Source of the DNA: Micrococcaceae bacterium
GTDB taxonomy: Bacteria > Actinomycetota > Actinomycetes > Actinomycetales > Micrococcaceae
Direction: 5' to 3'
Length of the DNA stretch: 32,000 nucleotides
Assembly (NCBI GenBank): GCA_035999715.1
Contig: DASYGM010000065.1
Span: 16,298 to 48,297 of the forward strand
The notes beneath the pieces are model-generated. The model had not been told where the DNA came from. It was given only the letters and a program-made list of their open reading frames with translations, and did no database searches. The first letter of the stretch is position 1; every line of letters starts with the position of its first letter. Below, piece after piece: positions 23,037 through 32,000 of the stretch. Made by a program: the position numbers and the translations under genes.

Positions 23037-24482
23037 TCAGACGGAGACCTTTTCCCGCTCCCCGGCTGCCGAGTCGGGACCGTTCAGGGCTCCCGTGCCG
23101 CTCACGGCTCCGACCAGCACGGCATCATCCGCGTCGCCGTCGGCATCCAGGACACCGTGCCCGCCGTCGGCCATCATGGTGGTCTCGTCGAAGGGTTCCA
23201 ACCGGTTCAGCACGCGGTCCACCCGGGGCCGATCGATTTCTTTGACCCAGGTGCCCATGATGACCGTCGCCACCGCGTTGCCGGTGAAGTTGGTCAGTGC
23301 GCGGGCCTCGGACATGAACCGGTCGATGCCGACAATGAAGGACACGCCGCCCACCAGGTCCGGCCGGTGCGAGGCCAGCCCGCCCGCAAGGGTGGCCAGA
23401 CCGGCGCCACTGACGCCCGCGGCCCCCTTGGAAGCCAGGATCATGAAGAGCAGCAGGCCGATCTGGGAACCGAGGTCCAACGGCTTACCCAGCGCGGAGG
23501 CAACGAACAGGGCCGCCATGGTCAGGTAGATGGCAGTGCCGTCCAGGTTGAAGGAGTAGCCGGTGGGGACGGTGACGCCAACAACCGGCTTGGAAACGCC
23601 CAGGTGCTCCATCTTGGCGATCAGCCGCGGCAGCGCCACTTCGGAGGACGAGGTGGAGACAATGAGCAGGTATTCCCGGCCCAGGTAGCGCATCAGCTTG
23701 AAGATGTTCACGCCGGTGACCAGCTTCAGGATGCCGCCCAGGATGATCACGATGAAGATGATGCAGGTGAGGTAGAACGCGCCCATCAGGGACAGCAGGC
23801 TCAGCACTGCCTTCCAGCCGGTCAGGCCGACGACGGCGGCAATGGCACCGAAGGCACCCACCGGCGCCAGCCACATGATCATGATCAGGATCCGGAAGAC
23901 CAGCGCCTGGATGTAGCCGATGCCGGTCAGGACCGCCTTGCCGGTCTTGCCCATCTTCTGCAGCGCAAAGCCGGCCAGCAGCGCAATCAGCAGGGTCTGC
24001 AGAATGTTGCCCGCCGTCAGGGAGGACAGCAGCGAGGTGGGGATGATGCCCAGGACGAAGTCCGTCGTCGTGCTGGCCTCAGCGGGAGCCTTATAGACCG
24101 CGTCCTTGAGGTTCAGGCCGGCGCCGGGGTGGATGATGTTGCCAACCACCAGGCCGATGGCGAGTGCGAAGGTGGACATCACCATGAAATAAGCCAGCGC
24201 CAGGCCGCCCACCTTGCCCACCGTAGTGGCTTTGGCTATGGAGCCGATGCCCAGAACGATGGTGCAGAAAATGATGGGCGCGATCATCATCTTGATCAGC
24301 GCAATGAAGCCGTCGCCCAGCGGCTTCAGCTGGGCGGCGAAGCCATCCTTGCCGGGGAAGGCCAGGCCGACGACGACGCCGAGAATGACCGCCACGACGA
24401 CGGCGATGTACAACCAATGCGATTTGTCGAGCCTCTTGCGGCGTGCGACAGGTGCAGCTGACTCTCCTCGCTGAGAGGTCAT
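23037..24482 (-). CDS. dctA: C4-dicarboxylate / cation symporter (DctA, DAACS family)
   Basis: 481 aa. FIALIKMMIAPIIFCTIVLGI, SSSEVALP and typical DAACS topology are present. SD AAGGAG lies 6 nt upstream of ATG 24482. Confidence 0.9.
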   Translation of the reverse strand: MTSQRGESAAPVARRKRLDKSHWLYIAVVVAVILGVVVGLAFPGKDGFAAQLKPLGDGFIALIKMMIAPIIFCTIVLGIGSIAKATTVGKVGGLALAYFMVMSTFALAIGLVVGNIIHPGAGLNLKDAVYKAPAEASTTTDFVLGIIPTSLLSSLTAGNILQTLLIALLAGFALQKMGKTGKAVLTGIGYIQALVFRILIMIMWLAPVGAFGAIAAVVGLTGWKAVLSLLSLMGAFYLTCIIFIVIILGGILKLVTGVNIFKLMRYLGREYLLIVSTSSSEVALPRLIAKMEHLGVSKPVVGVTVPTGYSFNLDGTAIYLTMAALFVASALGKPLDLGSQIGLLLFMILASKGAAGVSGAGLATLAGGLASHRPDLVGGVSFIVGIDRFMSEARALTNFTGNAVATVIMGTWVKEIDRPRVDRVLNRLEPFDETTMMADGGHGVLDADGDADDAVLVGAVSGTGALNGPDSAAGEREKVSV

Positions 24483-24626
24483 CGGGCACTCCTTATTAGC
24501 TAGTCTTGACTATGACGTACGGGAACGTCCTGGTCCGCACGGACCAGTTCCGCGCTCTGACCAGCATGCCGTCCCTTGTGATAGTCATCACCCTTGCGTT
24601 CATATTGGTCACAGAGCCACTTGGTG

Positions 24627-24673
24627 CAGAACAATCAGTCCAGGGTCCAGAGGTCCAGAACAATCAGTCCAGG
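24627..24673. promoter_or_regulatory. 18-bp direct repeat CAGAACAATCAGTCCAGG x2 in the dctA / sensor-kinase divergent intergenic region
   Basis: The copies are at 24627-24644 and 24656-24673 (29-bp period), with four GTCCAG hexamers in between and within them. The second copy runs into the kinase SD. These are candidate response-regulator binding sites. Confidence 0.4.
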
Positions 24674-24685
24674 AAGGAGCCGGTC

Positions 24686-26542
24686 GTGGGATTACGGGAC
24701 TGGAGCATTGCCCGCCGGCTCCTTGTGGGCAACCTGCTCTTCATCCTGCTGGCGACGGCGATTGTGACTGCTGCACTGTATTTCGATGCCCGTGACAGGT
24801 CCTACAGCCAGGCGGAGGACAGGATGGCCTCGATTGCGACGACCATTGCGGACAATCCGCTCGTGCTCACGGCGGCAGCCAGCCCCGACCCCACGGCGGC
24901 GCTGCAGCCGTATGCGCAACAGGTGATGGCCGGTGCGCGGGTGGATTTCATCACGATCATGGCACCGGACCGGACCCGCTGGACGCACCCCAATCCAGCC
25001 GAGATCGGCAAACCCTACATCGGCTCGATCGAGCAGGCCCTGGCAGGCCGGACCTACACCGAAATCACCGCGGGGACGCTGGGTCCGTCGGTGCGGGCAA
25101 TCGTCCCGGTCAAGGATGCCAGCGGGGCAGTGAAAGCGCTGGTGGCCGTGGGCGTCACGGTGACCAACGTGGAAGTGGCGCTCAGCGCAAGGCTGCCCGC
25201 CGTCGTCGGCATTGCCTTGCTGCTGCTGCTGGGCGGGTCCATCGCCGCCTGGCTGCTGGGCCGCTACCTGCGCCGCGTCACGCTGGGCTGGGGACCGGAA
25301 CGGCTGGGCCAGCTCTTTGCCTACTATGAGTCGGTGCTGCACTCGGTCCGCGATGGTCTGGTGCTGGTGGACCGCAACGGCGAACTCGTTATGTACAACG
25401 ACCAGGCGGCCGAGCTGCTGGGCATCGGGGCACCGGTGGAGGGCCGTCCCGCCCCCAAACTCAGTGAACTGGAGCTGCCGGAAAGCCTGGAGGAGTTGCT
25501 GCGAAGCGGCCGGACCGCGCGGGACGAAATCCACCTGACCGGCTCCCGGCTGCTGGTGGTCAGCCAGGAACCGGCCCGCTCCCCCGGCGCCGCGCCTGTC
25601 GGCGCCCCGCCCGAAGTACACACCCCATCCAAAGCGGCCGTCGCCGGAACGGAGGCAAAAACGTCGCCCGCGGCGCGGTTCCGCAGGCCCCGCCCATCCC
25701 GGATGGGTACTGTCGCGACCCTGCAGGACCACACGGTGATCCAGCGCCTGGGTGATGAGCTGCGTTCCACCCGGACGCTGACCGACGCTCTCCGGGCGCA
25801 GACACATGAGCACGCCAACCGCATCCACACCCTGGTTTCGCTGCTGGAACTTGGCCGCACCGAGCAGGCACTGCAGTTTGCCACCCAGGACCTGCAGCTG
25901 AGCCAGCGGCTGGCCGACGAGGTGCTCTCCTCCGTGGATGAGCCGGTGATCAGCGCGCTCCTGATGGGCAAGGCGGCGCAGGCGAACGAGCGTGGGATCG
26001 AGCTCCGCGTGCGCGTGGATGCGGACGCCCAAACAGCGGGCATCAGTGCCCACGATGCCGTCACCATCCTGGGGAACCTGATTGACAATGCCCTGGATGC
26101 CGCGGCGGATGGGGAGGAGCCGCGCTGGGTTGAGGTCAATCTGGGGGCCGGAGCAGGTGTTGGATCCGGCCGTGGCCTTGGCTCCGGTTCTGGCGGTCGT
26201 TCCGGGAGCGGCACCGACCTTGCCCCCGGTTCTGGCACTGGCTCCGGGACGGCCCTGATCCTGGAGGTCGCGGACAGCGGCGTCGGCGTGGATGCTACCG
26301 CGGACAATGTGCTCAAGAAGGGCTTCACCACCAAGCTTTCCGACGGCGGCGGCCGCGGAATCGGCCTTGCCCTGGTCCGGCAGTCCGTGCAGCGGCTGGG
26401 CGGAAGCCTGGACATCGGCCGGCGGGCGGGGGCGGTCTTTACCGTCACCCTGCCCGTGGGGCCGGCGAACGGGGCGGGTGACCTGACGACGTCGGAGGGC
26501 CCGGCTGGGCGCGACGGAGTGGGAGCCACCGATGGCCCTTAG
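24686..26542 (+). CDS. sensor histidine kinase, DcuS/CitA (dicarboxylate-sensing) family
   Basis: GTG 24686 lies 6 nt after SD AGGAAGGAG (24671-24679). The architecture is TM1, a periplasmic PDC/PAS-like domain (FITIMAPDRTRWTHPNP...GSIEQAL), TM2, a cytoplasmic PAS, the H-box HEHANRIHTLVSLLELG, the N-box LGNLIDNALDA and the G-box VADSGVG. The track start at TTG 24506 has poor codon bias. Confidence 0.85.
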   Translation: MGLRDWSIARRLLVGNLLFILLATAIVTAALYFDARDRSYSQAEDRMASIATTIADNPLVLTAAASPDPTAALQPYAQQVMAGARVDFITIMAPDRTRWTHPNPAEIGKPYIGSIEQALAGRTYTEITAGTLGPSVRAIVPVKDASGAVKALVAVGVTVTNVEVALSARLPAVVGIALLLLLGGSIAAWLLGRYLRRVTLGWGPERLGQLFAYYESVLHSVRDGLVLVDRNGELVMYNDQAAELLGIGAPVEGRPAPKLSELELPESLEELLRSGRTARDEIHLTGSRLLVVSQEPARSPGAAPVGAPPEVHTPSKAAVAGTEAKTSPAARFRRPRPSRMGTVATLQDHTVIQRLGDELRSTRTLTDALRAQTHEHANRIHTLVSLLELGRTEQALQFATQDLQLSQRLADEVLSSVDEPVISALLMGKAAQANERGIELRVRVDADAQTAGISAHDAVTILGNLIDNALDAAADGEEPRWVEVNLGAGAGVGSGRGLGSGSGGRSGSGTDLAPGSGTGSGTALILEVADSGVGVDATADNVLKKGFTTKLSDGGGRGIGLALVRQSVQRLGGSLDIGRRAGAVFTVTLPVGPANGAGDLTTSEGPAGRDGVGATDGP

Positions 26543-27239
26543 CCCTGATCCCATCCGCGTCCTGGTGGTCGACGACGAGCCCATAGCCGCGGACGCACAC
26601 TCGGTCTACGTCCAGCGCCTGGACGGCTTTGCCCTGGCCGCCGTGGCACGCAACGGCCAGGAAACCCTGCGGGCTCTGGCCGATGCCTCCGCCGCCGGCA
26701 ACCCGATCGATCTGATCCTGCTGGACATGAACCTGCCGGATCTGCACGGGCTGGACGTGAGCCGGCGGATCCGTGCCGCCGGCTACGCCGTGGATATCAT
26801 TGCCATCACCGCCGTCCGCGAACTGCAGACTGTCCGCGGCGCCATATCAGCCGGCATTGTGCAGTACCTGATTAAGCCGTTCACCTACGCGACGTTTGCG
26901 GAGAAGTTGGCCAACTACCGGCAGTTCCGGCTCCAGCTGCAGACCCAGGAATCATCCGCCTCACAGTCCGGCGTCGACCAGGCCTTCGCCAGTTTGCGCA
27001 GCCCGGTGGAGGCCGCCCTCCCCAAGGGGCTCTCCGAGGCGACCCTGTCCGCCGTCGTCGACCTGCTGACGACCAGCGCAGGTCCGGTCTCCGCGACCGA
27101 GGTGATGGAGCAACTGGGCATGTCCCGGGTGACCGCCCGGCGCTACCTGGAGTACCTTGCGGACCAGCAGTCCGTGCGCCGCAGCGCCAGGTACGGCACC
27201 CCCGGGCGCCCCGAAAACGAATACAGCTGGCTGAGGTAG
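26532..27239 (+). CDS. response regulator, CitB/DcuR family
   Basis: The receiver domain reads RVLVVDDEP...DLILLDMNLPDLHG...LIKPF, with a C-terminal HTH (ATEVMEQLGMSRVTARRYLEYL). ATG 26532 overlaps the kinase stop. Confidence 0.9.
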   Translation: MALSPDPIRVLVVDDEPIAADAHSVYVQRLDGFALAAVARNGQETLRALADASAAGNPIDLILLDMNLPDLHGLDVSRRIRAAGYAVDIIAITAVRELQTVRGAISAGIVQYLIKPFTYATFAEKLANYRQFRLQLQTQESSASQSGVDQAFASLRSPVEAALPKGLSEATLSAVVDLLTTSAGPVSATEVMEQLGMSRVTARRYLEYLADQQSVRRSARYGTPGRPENEYSWLR

Positions 27240-27252
27240 GCGCCCGCCTACG

Positions 27253-27315
27253 CGTTGAGTGTGGACTTATGCCCCTTGGAACGCGGATTTTAGGGGCACA
27301 ACTCCACACTCAACG
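27253..27315. terminator. long imperfect inverted repeat (24-nt arms, 22 of 24 paired, 15-nt loop) after the response-regulator gene
   Basis: The left arm (27253-27276) is cgttgagtgtggacttatgcccct and the right arm (27292-27315) is aggggcacaactccacactcaacg. It starts 14 nt after stop 27237-27239 and has no 3' U-run. It may instead be a REP/MITE-like element. Confidence 0.45.
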
Positions 27316-27323
27316 AGGGAAAG

Positions 27324-27333
27324 ATGTATACAT
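27324..27333. promoter_or_regulatory. candidate GntR-family operator, palindrome ATGTATACAT
   Basis: This is a perfect 10-bp palindrome with a TGTATACA core matching the generic GntR/FadR operator pattern GT-N-AC. It lies about 100 nt upstream of the GntR regulator start. Confidence 0.45.
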
Positions 27334-27388
27334 AACGCCTTTTCTGGATATAGGATTGGGGGAAATAGCGGCGCAGTGAGCTGCTCTC

Positions 27389-27396
27389 TGTATACA
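27389..27396. promoter_or_regulatory. second TGTATACA palindrome, candidate GntR operator
   Basis: It has the same 8-bp core, 65 bp downstream of the first copy and 34 nt upstream of ATG 27430. Confidence 0.4.
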
Positions 27397-27429
27397 CTGA
27401 GGGAACACGATGGGTTGCGAGGAGGCAGG

Positions 27430-28062
27430 ATGCGTGCCAGCGATCGAGCCTACGAGGCGCTGCGTGCAGACATTGTCGAATGGCGGCTGCCTCCCGGGTC
27501 GGTGCTGGCCGAGGTGGAGCAGTCGAAGCGGCTGGGGGTCTCGCGCACCCCGCTCCGGGAGGCGCTGGCCCGGCTCACCGCCGAAGGACTGGCGGCCGCA
27601 CACTCCGGCCGCGGCGTCGTCGTCACCGACATTTCCCTGGACCACGTCCGGGAGCTCTTCGAGCTCCGCGAGGCGCTGGAATGCCGGGCCGCAGCGCTGG
27701 CCGCCGAGCGCGGCGACCGGACGGTCTTTGACCAGTTGCATGCACAGCTGGCGGGCGCCGAGGGACTGCTCAGTCCCGAGGACCCAAGCCGGCAGGAGTA
27801 TTACGGCCTGGTGGGGCGACTCGACGAGGCGATCGATGCCGCCGTCGGCAATGCCTACCTGGCCCAGGCGCTGAGGAACCTGCGGATCCATCTGGTGCGC
27901 GTCCGGCGGATGGCGAAGGACAATCCGGACCGGCTGATGGAAGCCGCCCGGGAACACGCCACCATTGCCGGGGCCATCGCCGTCGGAAACCCCGCACTCG
28001 CCGCCGCCGCCACCACTGTCCATCTGAGCAAGAGCCTCGACCATCTGTTAGCCACCCACTGA
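27430..28062 (+). CDS. GntR-family (FadR/FCD subfamily) transcriptional regulator of the methylcitrate operon
   Basis: The N-terminal winged HTH is [47 protein letters not shown], with an FCD-type C-terminal domain. SD GAGGAGG precedes ATG 27430. The track start at 27259 was trimmed. Confidence 0.85.
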   Translation: MRASDRAYEALRADIVEWRLPPGSVLAEVEQSKRLGVSRTPLREALARLTAEGLAAAHSGRGVVVTDISLDHVRELFELREALECRAAALAAERGDRTVFDQLHAQLAGAEGLLSPEDPSRQEYYGLVGRLDEAIDAAVGNAYLAQALRNLRIHLVRVRRMAKDNPDRLMEAAREHATIAGAIAVGNPALAAAATTVHLSKSLDHLLATH

Positions 28063-28126
28063 CCCGGCCTCCAGGACGATCCATCCGCGAGACCGCCCAT
28101 CCGGAACGCTTCACGAAAGGAAGCCG

Positions 28127-29677
28127 ATGACGATCCAACATCACGTCCGCGTCTACAGGAGCGAGGAAAACCTGGCCCGCCAGGACCAGCTGGCGTACAA
28201 GATTGCCCAGGTCGCGGCAGACCCGGTGCCGGTGTCGGAGGAGGTCACCGCGATGGTGATCAACCGGATCATCGACAACGCGGCGGTGGCCGTCGCCTCG
28301 CTGAACCGGGCCCCGATTGTGGCCGCACGCGCCCAGGCGCTGGCGCATCTGGTGCGCCCGGGGCAGGACGGTTTCACCGGTAAGGGATCCTGTATCTACG
28401 GCATCGACGAGCGGGTCTCGCCGGAGTGGGCAGCCTGGGCTAATGGGGTAGCCGTGCGGGAGCTGGACTACCATGACACGTTCCTTTCCGCGGAATACTC
28501 GCACCCCGGGGACAACATTCCGCCGATTCTGGCGGTGGCCCAGCACGTGGGCAGCACCGGCGCGGATCTGGTCCGCGGCATTGCCACCGGCTATGAAATC
28601 CAGGTGGATCTGGTCAAGGCCATCAGCCTGCATAAACACAAGATCGACCACGTGGCCCATCTGGGGCCCTCCGCCGCCGCCGGCATCGGCTCGCTGCTGG
28701 GCCTGGACGTCGACACGATCTTCCAGGCCGTGGGCCAGGCTTTGCATACGACGACGGCGACCCGGCAGTCCCGCAAAGGCGAGATCTCCACCTGGAAGGC
28801 GCACGCCCCGGCCTTCGCCGGAAAGATGGCCGTGGAGGCGGTGGACCGTGCCATGCGGGGCCAGACCTCGCCGACGCCGATCTACGAGGGTGAGGACGGG
28901 GTCATCGCGTGGCTGCTGGATGGTCCGGATGGCTCCTATGAGGTCCCGCTGCCGGCCGAGGGTGAGGCCAAGCGCGCCATCCTGGACACCTACACGAAGG
29001 AACATTCCGCGGAGTACCAGGCCCAGGCCTGGATCGACCTGGCCCGGAAACTGCACGGCGCATACCCGCAGCTGGCGGACCCGGCCCAGGTGCAGAGCAT
29101 TGTCATCCACACCAGCCACCACACGCACTATGTGATCGGCTCCGGCGCGAACGATCCGCAGAAATACGATCCCTCCGCCTCCCGCGAGACACTGGACCAC
29201 TCCATCCCCTACATCTTCACCGTCGCGCTGCAGGACGGCGCCTGGCACCACGTAGCCTCCTATGCCCCGGAGCGCGCCGCCCGGCCGGACACCGTGGATC
29301 TGTGGCACAAGGTCAGCACCCGGGAGGACCCGGAATGGACCCGGCGCTACCACTCGCTGGACCCCCAGGAGAAGGCCTTCGGTGGCAGAGTGGAGATCAC
29401 CCTGGCGGACGGGACCACCATCACGGATGAGATCGCCGTCGCGGACGCCCACCCGCTGGGCGCCCGGCCCTTTGCCCGCGTGCAGTACATCAACAAGCTC
29501 CGCACCCTGGCCGCCGGCATAGGCGGACAGCGGGTGGTGGCGGAGGAGGAAATCGACCGCTTCCTGGACACCGTGCAGCGGCTGCCCGAGCTGGCCGCCG
29601 GCGAACTGGACGGGCTGAACATCCGGGCCGCCGCCGGCGTCATAAACCTGGCCACTGCGCCGAAGGGACTGTTCTGA
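28127..29677 (+). CDS. prpD: 2-methylcitrate dehydratase (MmgE/PrpD family)
   Basis: 516 aa of PrpD-family sequence ([38 protein letters not shown]), in prpD-prpB-prpC context. SD GAAAGGAAG is upstream. Confidence 0.9.
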   Translation: MTIQHHVRVYRSEENLARQDQLAYKIAQVAADPVPVSEEVTAMVINRIIDNAAVAVASLNRAPIVAARAQALAHLVRPGQDGFTGKGSCIYGIDERVSPEWAAWANGVAVRELDYHDTFLSAEYSHPGDNIPPILAVAQHVGSTGADLVRGIATGYEIQVDLVKAISLHKHKIDHVAHLGPSAAAGIGSLLGLDVDTIFQAVGQALHTTTATRQSRKGEISTWKAHAPAFAGKMAVEAVDRAMRGQTSPTPIYEGEDGVIAWLLDGPDGSYEVPLPAEGEAKRAILDTYTKEHSAEYQAQAWIDLARKLHGAYPQLADPAQVQSIVIHTSHHTHYVIGSGANDPQKYDPSASRETLDHSIPYIFTVALQDGAWHHVASYAPERAARPDTVDLWHKVSTREDPEWTRRYHSLDPQEKAFGGRVEITLADGTTITDEIAVADAHPLGARPFARVQYINKLRTLAAGIGGQRVVAEEEIDRFLDTVQRLPELAAGELDGLNIRAAAGVINLATAPKGLF

Positions 29678-30591
29678 TGCTCTACGCCAAGACCACCGCC
29701 GCGCAGAAACGGCTCAACTTCCGGCAGGCCCTGGCCTCCGGCCGGCTGCTGCAGTTCCCGGGCGCCTTCAACCCGCTCTCCGCCACCCTCATCCAGGACA
29801 AGGGGTTCGACGGCGTCTACATTTCCGGCGCGGTCCTCGCCGCCGACCTGGGGTTGCCGGACATCGGACTGACCACGCTGACCGAGGTGGCAGGCCGGGC
29901 CCGGCAGATTGCCCGGATGACGGACCTGCCCGCCATTGTGGATGCGGACACCGGGTTCGGCGAGCCGATGAACGTGGCCCGCACGGTGCAGGAATTCGAG
30001 GACGCCGGACTGGCCGGCTGCCACATCGAGGACCAGATCAACCCCAAGCGCTGCGGGCACCTGGACGGCAAGGCCGTCGTCGACCTGGACACCGCAGCCA
30101 AACGGCTGCGTGCCGCCGCCGACGCCCGCCGCGATCCGAACTTCCTGCTGATGGCCCGCACCGACATCCGCGCGGTGGACGGCCTGCAGGCCGCCATCGA
30201 CCGGGCCAAGGCACTGGTCGACGCCGGCGCGGACGCCATCTTCCCCGAGGCCATGCGGGACCTGGGCGAATTCGAGGCGGTCCGGAAGGCAGTGGAAGTG
30301 CCCGTCCTGGCCAACATGACAGAGTTCGGCAAGAGCGAACTCTTCACCGCCGGGCAACTGGAATCCATCGGCATCAATATGGTCATCTACCCGGTGACCC
30401 TGCTGCGCAGCGCGATGGGCGCCGCCGAGCGTACGCTGGAGACAATCCGCACAGCCGGATCACAGCAACCGGCGGTAGAGACGATGCAGAGCCGCGCGCG
30501 GCTGTATGAGCTGGTGGACTACGAGTCGTACAATCGCTTCGATACAGCTGTTTTCAATTTCACAGTTCCCGGAAGCCAGGAGCAGCCATGA
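29677..30591 (+). CDS. prpB: methylisocitrate lyase
   Basis: PEP mutase/isocitrate lyase superfamily motifs are present: IVDADTGFG and AGCHIEDQINPKRCGHLDGK. The start overlaps the prpD stop (TGATG). Confidence 0.9.
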   Translation: MLYAKTTAAQKRLNFRQALASGRLLQFPGAFNPLSATLIQDKGFDGVYISGAVLAADLGLPDIGLTTLTEVAGRARQIARMTDLPAIVDADTGFGEPMNVARTVQEFEDAGLAGCHIEDQINPKRCGHLDGKAVVDLDTAAKRLRAAADARRDPNFLLMARTDIRAVDGLQAAIDRAKALVDAGADAIFPEAMRDLGEFEAVRKAVEVPVLANMTEFGKSELFTAGQLESIGINMVIYPVTLLRSAMGAAERTLETIRTAGSQQPAVETMQSRARLYELVDYESYNRFDTAVFNFTVPGSQEQP

Positions 30592-31745
30592 CAGCAACAC
30601 CAGAAACTGCCAGCAGCGAGGTGGAGGTCCACAAGGGCCTGGCCGGCGTCGTGGTGGACACCACGCGGATCTCCAAGGTGAACCCCGAGACCAATTCCCT
30701 GCTGTACCGCGGCTACCCGGTCCAGGAACTGGCAGCGAAATGCTCCTTTGAGGAAGTGGCCTACCTGCTCTGGTACGGCGAACTGCCGACAGCGGACCAG
30801 CTGGCGGAGTTTGAAAAGGCCGAAAGGGATGGCCGCGGTCTGGAGCGCGTGGTCAAGGCGGCCATCGACCTGCTGCCGCAGACCACCCACCCGATGGACG
30901 TCTGCCGGACCGCCGCGTCGGTGCTCGGCGCATCGCACCCCCAAGCCGAGGACAACTCGCGGGAAGCCAACCTGAAGAAGTCGATCGACCTGCTGGCCGC
31001 GATGCCCGCCGTCGTCGCCTATGACCAGCGCCGCCGCCGCGGCCAGGAGGAAGTCCCGGCCCGCGATGACCTGGGCTATTCGGCGAACTTCCTGTACATG
31101 ACGTTCGGCGAGGAGGCTGCCCCCGAGGTGGTGGAGGCGTTCAACACCTCCATGGTGCTGTACGCGGAGCACTCCTTCAACGCCTCCACCTTCACGGCGC
31201 GGGTGATCACCTCCACCCTGGCGGACCTGCATTCAGCCGTCACCGGTGCCATTGGTGCGCTCAAAGGGGCACTGCACGGGGGCGCCAACGAGGCCGTGAT
31301 GCACACCTTCGAGGAGATCATCGCGAGCGCCGGCGGGAAGGATCTGGCCGGCCACGCACAGGCCTGGCTGGAGGATGCCCTGGCCAGCAAGAAGAAGATC
31401 ATGGGCTTTGGCCACCGGGTCTACAAGCACGGCGATTCGCGGGTACCCACCATGAAGGCGGCCCTGGATGCGATGGTGGAGCACTACAACCGGCCGGACT
31501 TGGGCGAGCTGTACGACGCCATGGAAGCGGGGATGGCGCAGGCGAAGAACATCAAGCCCAACCTGGACTACCCCACCGGGCCCGCCTACCATCTGATGGG
31601 CTTTGACACCGGGACCTTCACCCCGCTGTTCGTGGCCAGCCGGATCACGGGCTGGACGGCACACATCATGGAGCAGCTGGAGTCCAATTCGCTGATCCGT
31701 CCGCTGAGCCTGTACGACGGAGTAGACGAGCGGCACGTGCCCTAA
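30588..31745 (+). CDS. prpC: 2-methylcitrate synthase / citrate synthase
   Basis: Citrate synthase family motifs are present: MVLYAEHSFNASTF, GALKGALHGGANE and GFGHRVYKHGDSR. The ATGA overlap with prpB supports the start. Confidence 0.9.
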   Translation: MTATPETASSEVEVHKGLAGVVVDTTRISKVNPETNSLLYRGYPVQELAAKCSFEEVAYLLWYGELPTADQLAEFEKAERDGRGLERVVKAAIDLLPQTTHPMDVCRTAASVLGASHPQAEDNSREANLKKSIDLLAAMPAVVAYDQRRRRGQEEVPARDDLGYSANFLYMTFGEEAAPEVVEAFNTSMVLYAEHSFNASTFTARVITSTLADLHSAVTGAIGALKGALHGGANEAVMHTFEEIIASAGGKDLAGHAQAWLEDALASKKKIMGFGHRVYKHGDSRVPTMKAALDAMVEHYNRPDLGELYDAMEAGMAQAKNIKPNLDYPTGPAYHLMGFDTGTFTPLFVASRITGWTAHIMEQLESNSLIRPLSLYDGVDERHVP

Positions 31746-31831
31746 CCGGGTAACCGGACCGGAGCCTGTTCTGCGGCTTGGAAGCGCCCTACCCGTGCCC
31801 TGCCCGAGTTTCCCCCGGGACACTGGCCCGA

Positions 31832-32000
31832 TCAGGCGCTCCAGATGCCGGATATGCTCTCCGCGACCGTCTCATTGTCGTCATTGAGCACCACGCGCAC
31901 GGCAAGCCGCTGCCCCGCGAGCATCGCCGGCAGCCAGTGCTCCGCATCCGCCCACATCCGCTCCCGCGGGAGCACGCTGACTGGGTGCCACTGCGGAGCT
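31832..32000 (-). CDS. C-terminal end of an unidentified protein; the rest lies beyond the window
   Basis: My minus-strand translation reads ...APQWHPVSVLPRERMWADAEHWLPAMLAGQRLAVRVVLNDDNETVAESISGIWSA*, with the stop at 31832-31834 and high GC3. No family was recognised. Confidence 0.45.
   Translation of the reverse strand, partial: APQWHPVSVLPRERMWADAEHWLPAMLAGQRLAVRVVLNDDNETVAESISGIWSA

Noticed and set aside
22962-24461. 499-aa plus-strand ORF antisense to dctA, and the 630-aa minus ORF 24692..26584 antisense to the sensor kinase.
   Set aside because: The reasoning is the same. The composition is low-complexity and Gly/Arg/Asp/His-rich with no domain, while the opposite strand encodes clear DctA and DcuS-type proteins.
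27770-29452. 560-aa minus-strand ORF across the GntR and prpD genes, and the 465-aa plus-strand ORF 13559..14956 out of frame with hhyL and the NifU-domain gene.
   Set aside because: These are shadow ORFs. Only the last 150 nt of the 13559 frame (the 14807-14956 sORF) is kept as a low-confidence feature, because of its double ATGA coupling.

Overview
This is a high-GC (about two-thirds G+C by eye) actinobacterial chromosome segment. Gene order suggests Micrococcales/Arthrobacter-like, but that is inference only. All family names come from motifs I read in the translations; no database search was run, and the DUF numbers are recollection that needs HMM confirmation.

Layout, left to right:
- scpA (partial) and a ParA/Soj ATPase on the minus strand.
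- A divergent ABC ATPase plus a large polytopic membrane protein.
- A 4-unit tandem hairpin repeat.
- A DUF222/HNH endonuclease gene interrupted by a single in-frame TGA.
- A lipoprotein with an IPT/TIG-like domain.
- A 10.4 kb plus-strand [NiFe]-hydrogenase locus (8405-18807): NiCoT nickel permease, hypA, hypB, group 1h/5 (actinobacterial, high-affinity type) small and large subunits, a NifU-domain protein, a tandem-repeat sORF, three conserved unknown proteins, a 39-aa transmembrane micro-protein, the maturation protease and hypC.
- A convergent DUF6390-like gene.
- A FecB/FecCD/FecE-type ABC importer.
- dctA with a divergent DcuS/CitA-type two-component system.
- A GntR-prpD-prpB-prpC methylcitrate operon.
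- A partial minus-strand CDS at the right edge.

No rRNA, tRNA, CRISPR array, transposase or integrase was recognised.

The best candidate for undescribed biology is the roughly 4 kb block of translationally coupled, functionally unassigned genes inside the hydrogenase operon (13797-17873). Related points are a MIRU-like tandem-repeat sORF coupled at both ends, a HypC-like domain hidden in the convergent DUF6390-like gene, and the absence of hypD/E/F from the window.

The locus is also rich in short tandem duplications, several of them in-frame: 4208-4335, 10066-10128, 14816-14954, 16840-16887, 18230-18259 and 21014-21109. Many long ORFs in the six-frame track are high-GC shadow ORFs and were rejected.
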